Below, in pieces: positions 19,886-30,519 of a DNA stretch of 64,000 nt. The DNA lies in assembly GCA_937951485.1 (NCBI GenBank), contig CALEDJ010000029.1:4589-68588 (forward strand), given 5' to 3'. The translations under genes were made by a program, and so were the position numbers. Numbering within the stretch: position 1 is the stretch's first letter; every line of letters starts with the position of its first letter. Under the pieces are notes generated by a model that was not told the origin of the DNA, did not search any database, and worked only from the letters and a program-made list of their open reading frames with translations. The stretch is from an uncultured bacterium. GTDB taxonomy: Bacteria; Hydrogenedentota; Hydrogenedentia; Hydrogenedentales; CAILVY01.

Positions 19886-21138
19886 TACTTCCTCTCTTTC
19901 TGTTGCTGCATTCGCTTGCGCAGAAATGACGGAACCTTGAAATCGTCCGTCTCTTCGGTGACGGCAGGTTCCTGAGGCCGGTCCAAATCCGCGGGAAAAA
20001 GTTCCTGCTCTCCCGAAGCGACAACGCCTTTACCCGTATCTTTGCGCATTTCGCCGGCTGTCTTGGATTTCTCTTCCGTTGGCGCCGCCGCTTTGGCGGG
20101 ACGCTCCGATGAGGCGGCAACCGTCGCACCGGCCAAAGCATTTTCTCCGGCCAGGAAAGATTCCGACACCCCCTTGGGGAAGCCCGCCGCAATCACTGTC
20201 ACTTGAAGTTCTGGACGTTCGTCTTCGTCTATGACCGCGCCGAATATGATGTTCGCATCCGGGTGCGCCGCCTTTTTCACGGTGGTCACCGCGAGTTGCA
20301 CCTCGCGCATGCCGATGTCGCAGCCGCCCTTGATATTTACGATCACGCCCATGGCGCCATTGATGTTGGACTGTTCGAGCAGCGGGCAGACAATGGCTTC
20401 CTCCGCTGCGAGGACGGCGCGGTTTTCGCCTTCGGCGGCGCCGATGCCCATCAGTGCGCGCCCGCGGGCCTGCATGATGGTGCGCACATCGGCGAAGTCC
20501 AGGTTGATCAATCCGGGGACGGTGATGAGTTCGGAAATGGCGCGGACACCGTTGGCCAGCACTTCGTCGGCCATGGAGAACGCCTGTAAGAACGACATGT
20601 TGCCCTGGCACAGGGCGGCCACGCGGTCATTGGGTACGACGATCAGCGTGTCCACGTGTTTTTCGAGTTCCTTCAACCCCGTCATCGCGTTGGCCATGCG
20701 TTCTTTGCCTTCGAAACCAAAGGGCAGGGTGACGATGGCGACGGTCAACGCGCCGCCGCTCCGCGCCTCTTCCGCCACGATGGGGCTTGCCCCGGTGCCT
20801 GTCCCACCGCCGAGGCCGGCGGTAAGAAAGACCATGTCGGCGCCGGAAAGCACTTCACGAATCCGCTCGCGGTCTTCCTCAGCGGCTTTCAGGCCGATAT
20901 CCGGTTTCGCGCCGGACCCCAGACCGTTGGTCAACTGGACGCCGATCTGCAGGCGGATGCCGGCGGGCGAATGCTTCAGCGCCTGGGCATCGGTATTGAT
21001 GGTGATGAATTCCACGTCGGAAAGACCGGCCTGGATCATCCGTCCAATGGCGTTACCGCCGCCGCCGCCAATACCGCACACCTTGATGACCGCGCGTTGG
21101 TCAAAGGACTGGAATTCATCCGACATTCCAATGCTCAT
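19885..21138 (-). CDS. ftsZ: cell division GTPase FtsZ
   Basis: The tubulin signature GGGTGTG and motif VCGIGGGGGNA are present. The C-terminal peptide is DFKVPSFLRKR. Confidence 0.95.
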   Translation of the reverse strand: MSIGMSDEFQSFDQRAVIKVCGIGGGGGNAIGRMIQAGLSDVEFITINTDAQALKHSPAGIRLQIGVQLTNGLGSGAKPDIGLKAAEEDRERIREVLSGADMVFLTAGLGGGTGTGASPIVAEEARSGGALTVAIVTLPFGFEGKERMANAMTGLKELEKHVDTLIVVPNDRVAALCQGNMSFLQAFSMADEVLANGVRAISELITVPGLINLDFADVRTIMQARGRALMGIGAAEGENRAVLAAEEAIVCPLLEQSNINGAMGVIVNIKGGCDIGMREVQLAVTTVKKAAHPDANIIFGAVIDEDERPELQVTVIAAGFPKGVSESFLAGENALAGATVAASSERPAKAAAPTEEKSKTAGEMRKDTGKGVVASGEQELFPADLDRPQEPAVTEETDDFKVPSFLRKRMQQQKERK

Positions 21139-21219
21139 GTTGTTGCTCCCGTAAACGCGCCCCTCTGGGCGGTTGATATTAGCACCTTGTTCATGGCGGG
21201 AACAAATGCCATTACCGCA

Positions 21220-22008
21220 TCATTTGCAGGCCAAATCGCTGCCGAAACGCAGATCCAGATACTCCGTGCATGGCAACGCGCCATTCATCTCGCGCCAGAG
21301 TACATAGAAGCGCATGGCCTGGGCCTCGAAATCGCGGCGTCCCCAGCGCACTTCAAAGGGAATCTCGTCAAAGTAGGTGAGAATGGCGTTCGGCGATTGT
21401 GCGGCGATTTCCCCCAAGGTCAGGAACTCGGCCAGGGGCGAGGCGGTAAACGCCCTCCATGTCGCCATCGCCGCCGCAAATGCCGGATGCTCGACACGGT
21501 CGCCGGGTTCAATCGGCCCCATATCCGGGATGCCGGTGATCAGTGCGCCGACCGGCTCCGCCTTCCAATCCAACTCACGGAGCACCAGACCGTTTTCGTC
21601 CACCTCGAACGCGCGATTGTTCACCAGCAGCGTGGCCGCCGCCTGACGCTCTTCTATGCGGATAATGACGGTGTCCGGCAACATGCGACGCACTTCAGCG
21701 TGTTTCACGTAGGGTATCGCCTCAATCCGCCGTCGGATATCTTCGGCGCTGGCCCGCCACAGATTATCCGACTCCTTGATATCCGCCGCCCGACGAATGG
21801 TTTCCAGATCCAGCGCGTGGGCCCCTTCCACCTGAATGCGTTTCACGGTGAATCGGGGAGATTCCTTCATGTATTGCGAAAAGGCATGCCCCAGCCCCGC
21901 AACGAGGACAAATAGCACAACCAAACGTAATCCAACGAAAAACATGCGTCGCCGCCGTTGCCGCAAGGCGCCGCGTCGGACTCGTATGCCCCCGTTGTCC
22001 CGCTTCAT
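21220..22008 (-). CDS. ftsQ: cell division protein FtsQ/DivIB (POTRA domain)
   Basis: An N-terminal TM is followed by a POTRA-like FTVKRIQVEG. It sits between murC and ftsZ. Confidence 0.65.
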   Translation of the reverse strand: MKRDNGGIRVRRGALRQRRRRMFFVGLRLVVLFVLVAGLGHAFSQYMKESPRFTVKRIQVEGAHALDLETIRRAADIKESDNLWRASAEDIRRRIEAIPYVKHAEVRRMLPDTVIIRIEERQAAATLLVNNRAFEVDENGLVLRELDWKAEPVGALITGIPDMGPIEPGDRVEHPAFAAAMATWRAFTASPLAEFLTLGEIAAQSPNAILTYFDEIPFEVRWGRRDFEAQAMRFYVLWREMNGALPCTEYLDLRFGSDLACK

Positions 22009-23450
22009 GCTCCCGTCCCCAGTGTTTCCAACAGCGGCGCACCAATCCGGTTGATATTGCCCGCACCGAGAATCAATACCAAGTCACCGTCCCTTAGTTC
22101 AGGCGCCAGATGGCGTGGCACTGTTTCCATGTCGCGCACCAGTTCGATAGTATTGCAACCCTGCGCGCGCGCTGCGTCCACGATCAGTCCCGCATCCACG
22201 CCGGGCATCGGCTCCTCCCGCGAAGCATAGATGTCCGTAACAATCGCCCGGTCCACGCCTGCCAATACACGGGCGAAGTCTTCGCACAGAAACTTGGTGC
22301 GACTGTAGAGGTGCGGCTGGAATACACAGATAGTCCGCGCCGGTTCCAGCCACCTGACCGCTTCCAGCGTGCTCGCGATTTCCGTGGGATGATGCGCATA
22401 GTCCTCCACCACCAACACCCCGCGCCGCTCGCCGCAGACCTGAAGCCGCCGACGCACGCCGTCAAAAAGACGCAACCCCTCCGCTATAAGCCCGAAGCGC
22501 ATGCCAAGGCACAGACCCACGGCGCAGGCGGCCAACGCATTCCGCACGTTGTGCGTACCGATCGCGTTGAACTCCAATGTGCCCAACGGCCCGAAAACCG
22601 GCAGGCGTTCGTCCTGCGCCGTCACATCCACCAGCGTGCGCAGGCGCGGCAGTTGCCGCGCCTTGGGTTGCGCGCTATCCGGCGCAACGAGCCGGATATT
22701 TGTCCCGCGCAATGACACGTCCGCGCCCAGCCCGTAGGTGATGCAGACGCTCTCAATATCCTTGAGAATCACGCACGTGTTCGGGTCATCGCCGCAAACG
22801 ATCGAATAGCCGTAAAAAGGCACGTCGTTACAGAAATCCGTGAAGGCGCGTTGGATGCGGTCAATGGTGCCGTAGTATTCCAGATGCTCCGCGTCAATGC
22901 TCGTCACCACCGCAATCGTCGGGTGCAGGCGCAAGAACGACCCGTCGTGCTCGTCCGCCTCCGCCACCAGATAGTCGCCCGTGCCCCAGCGCGCGTTGGT
23001 GCCGCTCCGGTGCAGAATACCGCCCACGATGCTGGTCGCCCCGATGTTCGCGCGGTCCAGGAATGCGCTGATCATGGACGTCGTGGTCGTTTTACCGTGC
23101 GTCCCCCCCACCGCCACGGCATTCGGCTTAAGACGAATCAGGTCCGCCAGCAGATCGCTGCGATGGATCACCGGGATGCGGCGTTCCCGCGCCGCGAGCA
23201 CTTCGGTGTTGTCCGGCCCCACCGCCGCCGAAACCACCACGATTCCCGCGTCTCCGATGTGTTCCGGTGCATGACCTTCAAAGAATCGCAGACCGTATTG
23301 CCGCAGTCGGTCGGTGATTTCCGATGCCTTCAGGTCGGAACCCGACACCTCATACCCCAGATTCAACAGAATTTCGGCCAGACCGCTCATGCCTATCCCG
23401 CCCACGCCGACAAAATGCACTTTGCGTTTCAGGCCGTTCATCCGCCCCAC
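22005..23450 (-). CDS. murC: UDP-N-acetylmuramate--L-alanine ligase
   Basis: The N-terminus VHFVGVGGIGMSGLAEIL and a Mur ligase fold are present. Confidence 0.9.
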   Translation of the reverse strand: MGRMNGLKRKVHFVGVGGIGMSGLAEILLNLGYEVSGSDLKASEITDRLRQYGLRFFEGHAPEHIGDAGIVVVSAAVGPDNTEVLAARERRIPVIHRSDLLADLIRLKPNAVAVGGTHGKTTTTSMISAFLDRANIGATSIVGGILHRSGTNARWGTGDYLVAEADEHDGSFLRLHPTIAVVTSIDAEHLEYYGTIDRIQRAFTDFCNDVPFYGYSIVCGDDPNTCVILKDIESVCITYGLGADVSLRGTNIRLVAPDSAQPKARQLPRLRTLVDVTAQDERLPVFGPLGTLEFNAIGTHNVRNALAACAVGLCLGMRFGLIAEGLRLFDGVRRRLQVCGERRGVLVVEDYAHHPTEIASTLEAVRWLEPARTICVFQPHLYSRTKFLCEDFARVLAGVDRAIVTDIYASREEPMPGVDAGLIVDAARAQGCNTIELVRDMETVPRHLAPELRDGDLVLILGAGNINRIGAPLLETLGTGA

Positions 23451-23640
23451 CTCTTAAACCCAATATCTTGTGGTATTGGGGATTCTAGCACAAAAACGCC
23501 ACAAGGTAAAGGGGGATCGAATGCCGAATGCGGAATACGGAATGCGTCGTGTGAAATGCAAAGTATCGGACGTCAAATCCAGGTTGACACAGGGGTGTGT
23601 GGGTGTGTTATCAACGTCTGAAATCGTGGAGAAACCCATC

Positions 23641-25056
23641 ATGATGCGGGCATTGTTGTGTTTTGTTGTCATGTCATTGGTCACTTCGGCGGCAGCGGAA
23701 ACCGGGATGAAGCGCCTCGCGGTGGCGCATGGTCCGGAAGGGAAACCGTATCTCACTTATGGGGATGAGCCGCTGTTCGCTTTCGGGCCGGGCGACGAGA
23801 TGCGCATTATCGGCGGCGCGGCGGATTTGGACCGTTGGGGAGCGTGGCAACAGGCGCACGGCATGAATCTTGTCCGGGCGTATCCCATGTCAGTGCCGTT
23901 GGAAGCCTACGGCACGCCCGGCCTGCACCCGTTCAAGAAAGCGCCGGACAGCGAGTTGTGGGATGTGGATCAGTTTAATGCGGATTACTTCGACATGATT
24001 GGCAAGAATGCGGCGCGACTGGAAACCTATGGCATCATTCTGCACCTGCAATTGTGGCAGATCGTTTTCTTCAAAGGCGGGGCCAAGCGCTGGGACATCA
24101 ATTACATCAACCCCGGCAACAACGTGAATGCCTGGACCCGGGCCCTGAGGCGCGGGCGCGACTACATTGACGCTCCGGCGGACAGTCCCGCCCGGGCGCA
24201 TCAGCGCGAGTGGGTGCTGCGCATCCTGAATGCCGTCAAGGGACACGGCAATGTCTGGATTGATGTCATCAATGAACTGGGCAATGAAATGGGCACGCTC
24301 GCGTGGGCCGTCGAGGTGGTTCGATGGATTCGCGAATGGGAGCGGGAGAACGATTGGCGATTTCTGGTGGGTGTTGATTCCGAGCACCACTACCGGCCCG
24401 GTGTGTTCACGCCCTGTCAAGAGCATTTTGATCTCATCATTCTCAACGAACTGGTGAGTCCGGATCATGCGCGCCGGGCTTTCGAGGATTTTCAGAAACC
24501 CATTATCAGCGTGCGTTCCAGCGACGGTCGCAATCAACTGGATGATTATATGTTCGTCAACGAACATCAGACCGGTCCGGAGCACCAGGCGCGCTACCGC
24601 ACCCTCTGCTACCGCAGCCTCTTCTGCAATCTGCAATCTGTCGGCGCGTATTGGAAAATGGAAATTCCGGTTGCCGACTACGCCGATATGCAGGAGTGGC
24701 CGCGTTATGCAAAGGCCCTGCGCAAGTTCTGGCACATGATTGCGCCCGAATGGCCACGCCTGATCGTGGATGACGCCATCATCCTTTCAGAGACCGTTAC
24801 GCCGAAGGCATACGGGCTGCGTTCGGAGACGTTGCGACTTGTCTATCTGGAGTGCGGGCCGCACACGTGGAACAACGCCTATCCGGCATCGGAACTGGTG
24901 CTGGCCGCGCCGGGGAAGATCGCTTCCGTAACCGCGTTCCACCCTCGAAATGGTGAAGAGGATCCTGCGCAATATGTCGTGGACGGCGACAAAGCGCGGA
25001 TTTCCCTGCCGGAGTTTGTTGACGATGTGGTCGTGATGATCCGGTCGGAAATCTGA
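23641..25056 (+). CDS. secreted TIM-barrel glycoside-hydrolase-like protein (GH5-like/DUF4038-like), family uncertain
   Basis: A signal peptide MMRALLCFVVMSLVTSAAA follows the ATG at 23641. A NE(L/P)-type motif VINELGNE is present. Confidence 0.45.
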   Translation: MMRALLCFVVMSLVTSAAAETGMKRLAVAHGPEGKPYLTYGDEPLFAFGPGDEMRIIGGAADLDRWGAWQQAHGMNLVRAYPMSVPLEAYGTPGLHPFKKAPDSELWDVDQFNADYFDMIGKNAARLETYGIILHLQLWQIVFFKGGAKRWDINYINPGNNVNAWTRALRRGRDYIDAPADSPARAHQREWVLRILNAVKGHGNVWIDVINELGNEMGTLAWAVEVVRWIREWERENDWRFLVGVDSEHHYRPGVFTPCQEHFDLIILNELVSPDHARRAFEDFQKPIISVRSSDGRNQLDDYMFVNEHQTGPEHQARYRTLCYRSLFCNLQSVGAYWKMEIPVADYADMQEWPRYAKALRKFWHMIAPEWPRLIVDDAIILSETVTPKAYGLRSETLRLVYLECGPHTWNNAYPASELVLAAPGKIASVTAFHPRNGEEDPAQYVVDGDKARISLPEFVDDVVVMIRSEI

Positions 25057-25071
25057 AAAAGCAACAAGCCT

Positions 25072-25500
25072 TCAGCCTTTTTTCCGTCTTGATGCATAGG
25101 CCCCTGCAGCGGTGATGACCACAATGGCGGCGGTGGCCGTGACGGCGATGGCGGTCTTGACCGCGCGCTCCACCTGTTTGCTTTTCCACTTGCCGGTCTT
25201 GCAGCCGACAGCGAAATGTTCACAATTGCGGAAGAGGACATTGTATTTGCGCTCACCCAGAAAAGACTTGGCGGTCTTGATGACCTCTTTCACGGGACGC
25301 GCTTTTCCGGGGGCGTACTTGACCACGGCGTGCTTCTTCCCTTTGCAGAATTCCTCCAGGGGCGATCGGCAGACATGCGCATCTTTGATATTGAACAATT
25401 CTCCGGAGTAATGGATGACCGTGCCGTCGCCCATGTCAATCCCATGATGCGTGTATAGTCCGCCCATCCGTTTTACTGTTATATGGTCGCCTTTGGCCAT
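25072..25500 (-). CDS. LRAT/NlpC-P60 papain-like domain protein with C-terminal transmembrane anchor
   Basis: The catalytic His lies in YTHHGIDMGDGTVIHYSG and the catalytic Cys in NCEHFAV. The C-terminal TM is AIAVTATAAIVVITAAGAYA followed by RRKKG. The ATG at 25498-25500 was checked. Confidence 0.6.
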   Translation of the reverse strand: MAKGDHITVKRMGGLYTHHGIDMGDGTVIHYSGELFNIKDAHVCRSPLEEFCKGKKHAVVKYAPGKARPVKEVIKTAKSFLGERKYNVLFRNCEHFAVGCKTGKWKSKQVERAVKTAIAVTATAAIVVITAAGAYASRRKKG

Positions 25501-25841
25501 GCCCAATCTCTGTTGGTAACCGTTCACGGGGTCAAGAATTCGAAAACACCCGGAAAACCGCACTTTTTCGGCGCACAAGTCGTCGCATTTTGCCGCATTT
25601 TCGCGCCGTTCTCCCGCTGCAATTGCGAAAAACCCCATGTTTTTGGGGGGTTCAACCCCGTGAACGGTTACCTCTGTTGTTGCATGTTTTCGCTTCGATT
25701 TCGTTGTTCCACGCCATCTTCCGATTCGCGAATTGATGCGCCATCATTTTTGCTTGTATCAATCCCCCGGCGGTCTCATACCGGCGGCGCACGAGTTGCC
25801 GGTGCTCCTCCGGCATTGGACTTTTCATGCCTTGACCTTCT

Positions 25842-26435
25842 TCACGCATCGTGCGCCATCTGCCGATCAATAATCTCCCAGAGAGGACGGACACCTTCGC
25901 CGGTTTCGGCGGAAAAGGGGATGATCTCCACGTCATGGTCCAAACTCAGGCCACGCCGGATTTTTTGAATCTGCGCGTCGCGTCGGCCCTTGCTGACCTT
26001 GTCTATTTTGGTCGCCACCAGCAGCGTCGGGGTTTGGGCGTCTTCGAGCAGGTCCAGCATGTGCGCATCGAGCGGCGAGGGATCATGGCGGGAATCAAGC
26101 AGCACGACGGCCAGCCGCAGGGTCTCGCGATCTTTGAGATACTCGACCATCACGCGGTTCCACTCGTTCTTGAGCGCCTTGGGCACCTTGGCGAAGCCGT
26201 AGCCGGGCAAATCCACGAAATAGATTGTCCCATTGATGTCGAAGAAGTTGATGGTCTGTGTTTTTCCGGGTGTGGAACTGGTTTTGGCAAGCCCCTTCCG
26301 GTTCAGGAGCCGGTTGAGCAAACTCGACTTGCCGACATTCGATCGGCCCACGAAAGCGATTTCCGGGCGGCGGTCCCTGGGATAGTCCTCAGGCCGCAGC
26401 GCGCTTTTCAGAAATTGCGCCGAGGTCACTTTCAT
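25842..26435 (-). CDS. engB: ribosome biogenesis GTPase YsxC/EngB
   Basis: The motifs GRSNVGKSSLLN and DLPGYG and the small size fit EngB. Confidence 0.85.
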   Translation of the reverse strand: MKVTSAQFLKSALRPEDYPRDRRPEIAFVGRSNVGKSSLLNRLLNRKGLAKTSSTPGKTQTINFFDINGTIYFVDLPGYGFAKVPKALKNEWNRVMVEYLKDRETLRLAVVLLDSRHDPSPLDAHMLDLLEDAQTPTLLVATKIDKVSKGRRDAQIQKIRRGLSLDHDVEIIPFSAETGEGVRPLWEIIDRQMAHDA

Positions 26436-26465
26436 GGCAATCGTCTTCCCCTGTGATCTGAATTT

Positions 26466-28817
26466 TCACTGTGCGGCCTCGTCTTCGAAGGTCAGGCGCA
26501 TGACCTCCGCCACGTTTCCCACCAGGCTGAATTGGATTTCTTCGCGTATTTCCCTGGGGATATCGGGCAGGTCTTTCTCATTTTCTTTCGGCAAGATGAC
26601 ATGGCGGATGCCGGCGCGATGCGCCGCCAGCACTTTTTCCTTGATGCCGCCGACGGGAAGAACGCGTCCGCGCAGGGTGATTTCGCCGGTCATGGACAGG
26701 GCGGCTTTGGGTCTTTTCCCTGAGAGCGCCGAAAACATGGAAATCACAAGGGCGACGCCGGCTGAGGGGCCGTCTTTGGGGATGGCGCCTTCGGGGATAT
26801 GCACATGGACATCCGTGTTCTTATGGAAATCCGCGGGTAATTTCAGGGCGGCGGCGTTCGCTCGAAGATAGGTCAACCCCGCCTCGCCCGACTCCTTCAT
26901 CACATCGCCCAATTGGCCGGTAAGCGTCAGTTTGCCCTTGCCTTTCATGGTGCTGGTCTCGATGGTCAGCACATCGCCGCCGGACTGGGTCCATGCCATG
27001 CCAATGGCGACGCCCACCTGCGGCTGAAGTTCTGCGCGAATGGCGCTGTAGGGCGGCGGTCCGAGCAGGTCGGGCAGCGTTTCCGTTTCGACCACCACTG
27101 TCCCTTCATGTTGCTTCGCCACGATTTTCCGCGCCACCTTCCGGCAGATGTTCGCGATTTGACGTTCGAGTTCCCGGACCCCCGCTTCGCGGGTGTAGCG
27201 TTGGATCAGCGTATCCAGCCCTTGATCCGTGAAACGCAGCGCATCGTGCGCCAGTCCGCATTCGCGCATCTGGCGCGGAATCAGGAACAGGCGCGCAATG
27301 TGCTCTTTTTCATTGAGCGTATATCCAGAGAGGCGCACCACCTCCATGCGGTCGTGCAGTGCGTAGGGAATGTCGAATTCGTTGTTCGCGGTGGCAATGA
27401 AGAAGACCTCGGACAGGTCGAACTCGACTTCAAGATAGTGGTCGCTGAACATCTTGTTCTGTGCCGGGTCCAAGACTTCCAGGAGTGCGGACGACGGGTC
27501 GCCCCGGAAATCCACGCTCATTTTGTCCACTTCATCCAGCATGAAGACCGGATTGCGCACACCCACTTTTTTCATGTTCTGGATGATGCGTCCGGGCAGC
27601 GCGCCAATGTACGTGCGGCGATGACCGCGGATTTCCGCTTCGTCTCGGACGCCGCCGAGCGAGACCCGGACAAATTTTCGGCCCATGGCCCTGGCAATGG
27701 ACTGCCCTAAAGAGGTCTTCCCCACGCCGGGCGGCCCCACCAGGCACAGAATCGGTCCTTTGACGTCTCTGTTGAGTTTACGCACAGCCAGAAATTCCAG
27801 GATGCGTTCTTTCACCTTGTCAAGGCCGTAATGGTCTTCATCGAGCACTTTGCGGGCCCGTCCGATATTGATGGTGTCCTTGCTGCGCTTTTTCCAGGGC
27901 ATGTCGCACAGCCATTCCAGATAGGTGCGGATAACAGCGCTCTCCGGGCTCATCGGCGGCATGCGTTCATAGCGGACATATTCCCGTTCGGCCTTTTCAC
28001 GCACTTCCTTGGGCATGCCTGCATCGTTGATTAGCGTACGCATTTCGGCGAACTCGGAGCCGAATCCGTCATCGCGTGCTCCGAGTTCCTGTTGAATGGC
28101 CCGCAACTGCTCGTGCAGATAATGTTCACGCTGACTGCGTTCCATCTGCTCCCGCACGCGGTCGCGTACCGTGTGTTCGATGGTCATCAGATCATTCTCG
28201 CGCATGAGGAATCCGGCGATTTTTTCCAGCCGTTCACCCGCATCCAGGGTGGCGAGCAGTTCCTGGCGCTCTTCCAGACGCAGGGGCAGGTAGGCGCAGA
28301 TGGCGTCCGCCAGGGTCTCTGGATCGGTCAAATCCCGAATGGACGATAGAATTTCCGGAGCGACGCGCTGGCTCAGTCGAACATATTCTTCAAACTGCGC
28401 CATCGCCGCCCGCATCAATCCCTTGACTTCCCGGTCTTGCCGGAGCCTGGGTTCGATGTGCTGCACCATCACCTCCGCAAATTCGTTGCTGAAATCGAAA
28501 CGCACGGCCCGACCCCGGCCCAGTCCTTCCACCACGACCTTCATCGTGCCGTCGGGCATGCGCAGCGTCTGCAAAATACGCGCGCCAATGCCAATACGGT
28601 GCATGTCAGCGGACTTCGGGTCTTCTTTGGAGGCATCTTTCTGTGCGCAAAGGAAAAGGGGTATATCGGCGGCCAGACATTCCTCCACCGCCGCCAGCGA
28701 CATGGGCCGCCCTACCAGCAACGGCACCACCATTCTCGGAAAAATCACCGCGTCCTTTAAGGGAAGCAACGGCAATCGCATGGTCATCGGGGCGGTAGCG
28801 TTTGCTTTGCGCGCCAT
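26466..28817 (-). CDS. lon: ATP-dependent protease Lon
   Basis: An N-terminal LON domain LPLLPLKDAVIFP is present. The Walker A is GPPGVGKTS and the catalytic Ser lies in PKDGPSAG. The start is approximate, either 28817 or 28787. Confidence 0.9.
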   Translation of the reverse strand: MARKANATAPMTMRLPLLPLKDAVIFPRMVVPLLVGRPMSLAAVEECLAADIPLFLCAQKDASKEDPKSADMHRIGIGARILQTLRMPDGTMKVVVEGLGRGRAVRFDFSNEFAEVMVQHIEPRLRQDREVKGLMRAAMAQFEEYVRLSQRVAPEILSSIRDLTDPETLADAICAYLPLRLEERQELLATLDAGERLEKIAGFLMRENDLMTIEHTVRDRVREQMERSQREHYLHEQLRAIQQELGARDDGFGSEFAEMRTLINDAGMPKEVREKAEREYVRYERMPPMSPESAVIRTYLEWLCDMPWKKRSKDTINIGRARKVLDEDHYGLDKVKERILEFLAVRKLNRDVKGPILCLVGPPGVGKTSLGQSIARAMGRKFVRVSLGGVRDEAEIRGHRRTYIGALPGRIIQNMKKVGVRNPVFMLDEVDKMSVDFRGDPSSALLEVLDPAQNKMFSDHYLEVEFDLSEVFFIATANNEFDIPYALHDRMEVVRLSGYTLNEKEHIARLFLIPRQMRECGLAHDALRFTDQGLDTLIQRYTREAGVRELERQIANICRKVARKIVAKQHEGTVVVETETLPDLLGPPPYSAIRAELQPQVGVAIGMAWTQSGGDVLTIETSTMKGKGKLTLTGQLGDVMKESGEAGLTYLRANAAALKLPADFHKNTDVHVHIPEGAIPKDGPSAGVALVISMFSALSGKRPKAALSMTGEITLRGRVLPVGGIKEKVLAAHRAGIRHVILPKENEKDLPDIPREIREEIQFSLVGNVAEVMRLTFEDEAAQ

Positions 28818-28961
28818 TTCAACAAATCTCCGGGGATGGGGTGACGTCTTTATTCCAGGAACCAGGCCGCCCTGAAGCATGGGGCATGACGATGAGAGCA
28901 GTATAACGCACGGCGTGGATGTTCTGAAAATGCACAGCGGCGGCGGGGCACAAGGCCGGAA

Positions 28962-30245
28962 TCAGGCGGAGGCGGATTTTTTGCCGCTGCTGCGCTCGCG
29001 CCCGCCGGCGGTTTCGTGCTCGTACACCAGGAGCGGCTCTTCCAGTTTCCTGATGACGCCCGGGGTAATGACACATTCGCGCACATCGCGCCGCGATGGA
29101 ATGTCGAACATCAGGTTCAGCATTACCTCTTCCATGATGCTGCGCAGGCCGCGCGCGCCGGTGTCCAATTCGATGGCACGGTCTGCGACGGCTTCCACCG
29201 CTTCCTCGGAGAAGCGCAGGGAAACCCCTTCGAGATGGAACAGTTTTTCATACTGGCGCGTGAGCGCGTTTTTCGGTTCCAGAAGAATGCGGATAAGGTC
29301 CTCCCGGGTCAACTCGTGCAGCGTGGCGACAACCGGGAGCCGGCCGATGAATTCCGGGATAAGTCCAAACTTGATCAGGTCTTCCGGTCGCACCTGCCGC
29401 AAGAGGTCGCCGATGCGCCGCACCTTCTTCGACTTGATGTCCGCGTTGAATCCGATCACATTGGCCCCGAGCCGCTTTTCAACGATGCGCTCCAGACTGT
29501 TGAAGGCGCCGCCGCAAATAAACAGGATATTGCGCGTATCCACCTGGATGCATTCCTGCTGGGGATGTTTGCGCCCGCCTTGCGGCGGGACATTGGCCAC
29601 AGTGCCCTCCAGAATTTTGAGCAGGGCCTGCTGGACCCCTTCGCCGGACACATCGCGTGTAATCGAAGGGCTGTCGCTCTTGCGCGCGATCTTGTCCACC
29701 TCGTCAATATAGACAATGCCCATTTCGGCGCGGGCGGCGTCAAAATCGGCATTCTGAAGCAGTTTCAGGATCACATTTTCGACATCGTCGCCGACATAGC
29801 CCGCCTCGGTCAGCGTCGTTGCATCCACCACGGCAAACGGCACATCCAGCATCCGCGCCAGGGTCTCGGCGAGCAGGGTCTTGCCGCAGCCCGAAGGACC
29901 GATCAGCAGCACGTTGGCCTTCTGGATTTCCACGCCGTCAATTTCGCCCCCCGCCGCAATACGTTTGTAATGATTGTGCACCGCCACCGAAAGCACCCGC
30001 TTCGCATAATCCTGCCCCACGCAATACTGATCGAGATAATCCTTGATCTCTTTCGGGGCGGGCACCCGCATGGAGCGATTGCCGACCTTCCGGGCGCGGT
30101 CCTCCGCCACGATTTCACTGCAGAGGTGCACACATTCGTCGCAGATGTTGACATCCGGCCCCGCAATCAGTTTGTTGACTTCATCGTGGCGCTTGCCACA
30201 AAAAGAACAGGTGGGCACATCATTACGCGAACGCTGCGGCGCCAT
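28962..30245 (-). CDS. clpX: ATP-dependent Clp protease ATP-binding subunit
   Basis: The zinc finger CSFCGK...CDEC and Walker A GPSGCGKT are present. Confidence 0.95.
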   Translation of the reverse strand: MAPQRSRNDVPTCSFCGKRHDEVNKLIAGPDVNICDECVHLCSEIVAEDRARKVGNRSMRVPAPKEIKDYLDQYCVGQDYAKRVLSVAVHNHYKRIAAGGEIDGVEIQKANVLLIGPSGCGKTLLAETLARMLDVPFAVVDATTLTEAGYVGDDVENVILKLLQNADFDAARAEMGIVYIDEVDKIARKSDSPSITRDVSGEGVQQALLKILEGTVANVPPQGGRKHPQQECIQVDTRNILFICGGAFNSLERIVEKRLGANVIGFNADIKSKKVRRIGDLLRQVRPEDLIKFGLIPEFIGRLPVVATLHELTREDLIRILLEPKNALTRQYEKLFHLEGVSLRFSEEAVEAVADRAIELDTGARGLRSIMEEVMLNLMFDIPSRRDVRECVITPGVIRKLEEPLLVYEHETAGGRERSSGKKSASA

Positions 30246-30519
30246 AACTACCTCCCATCTGATGATTCCTTCGGAATCGAATATTTCATTCCGATCTGGT
30301 CGCGACTGCGGGTCGTATCAAATATATCACTTTTTTAAAAATTTGTCAATAGTTAATTTATTGTTCATATCCTGCATGTATTATACATCACAAGCAGCGA
30401 AAGTTCACCTGGGGGCTGCATTTGCAGGCGTTCCACCGCACCGGTGGTGAGGCGTTCCACCGCACCGGCGTTGAACAGAAGGGTGTTGTTTCTTCGCATC
30501 ATGTGGGTCTTTAGGGCTG

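Noticed and set aside
30424-30463. CIRCE/CtsR heat-shock operator upstream of clpX
   Set aside because: Neither the CIRCE nor the CtsR consensus is present. The direct repeat found has a different sequence.
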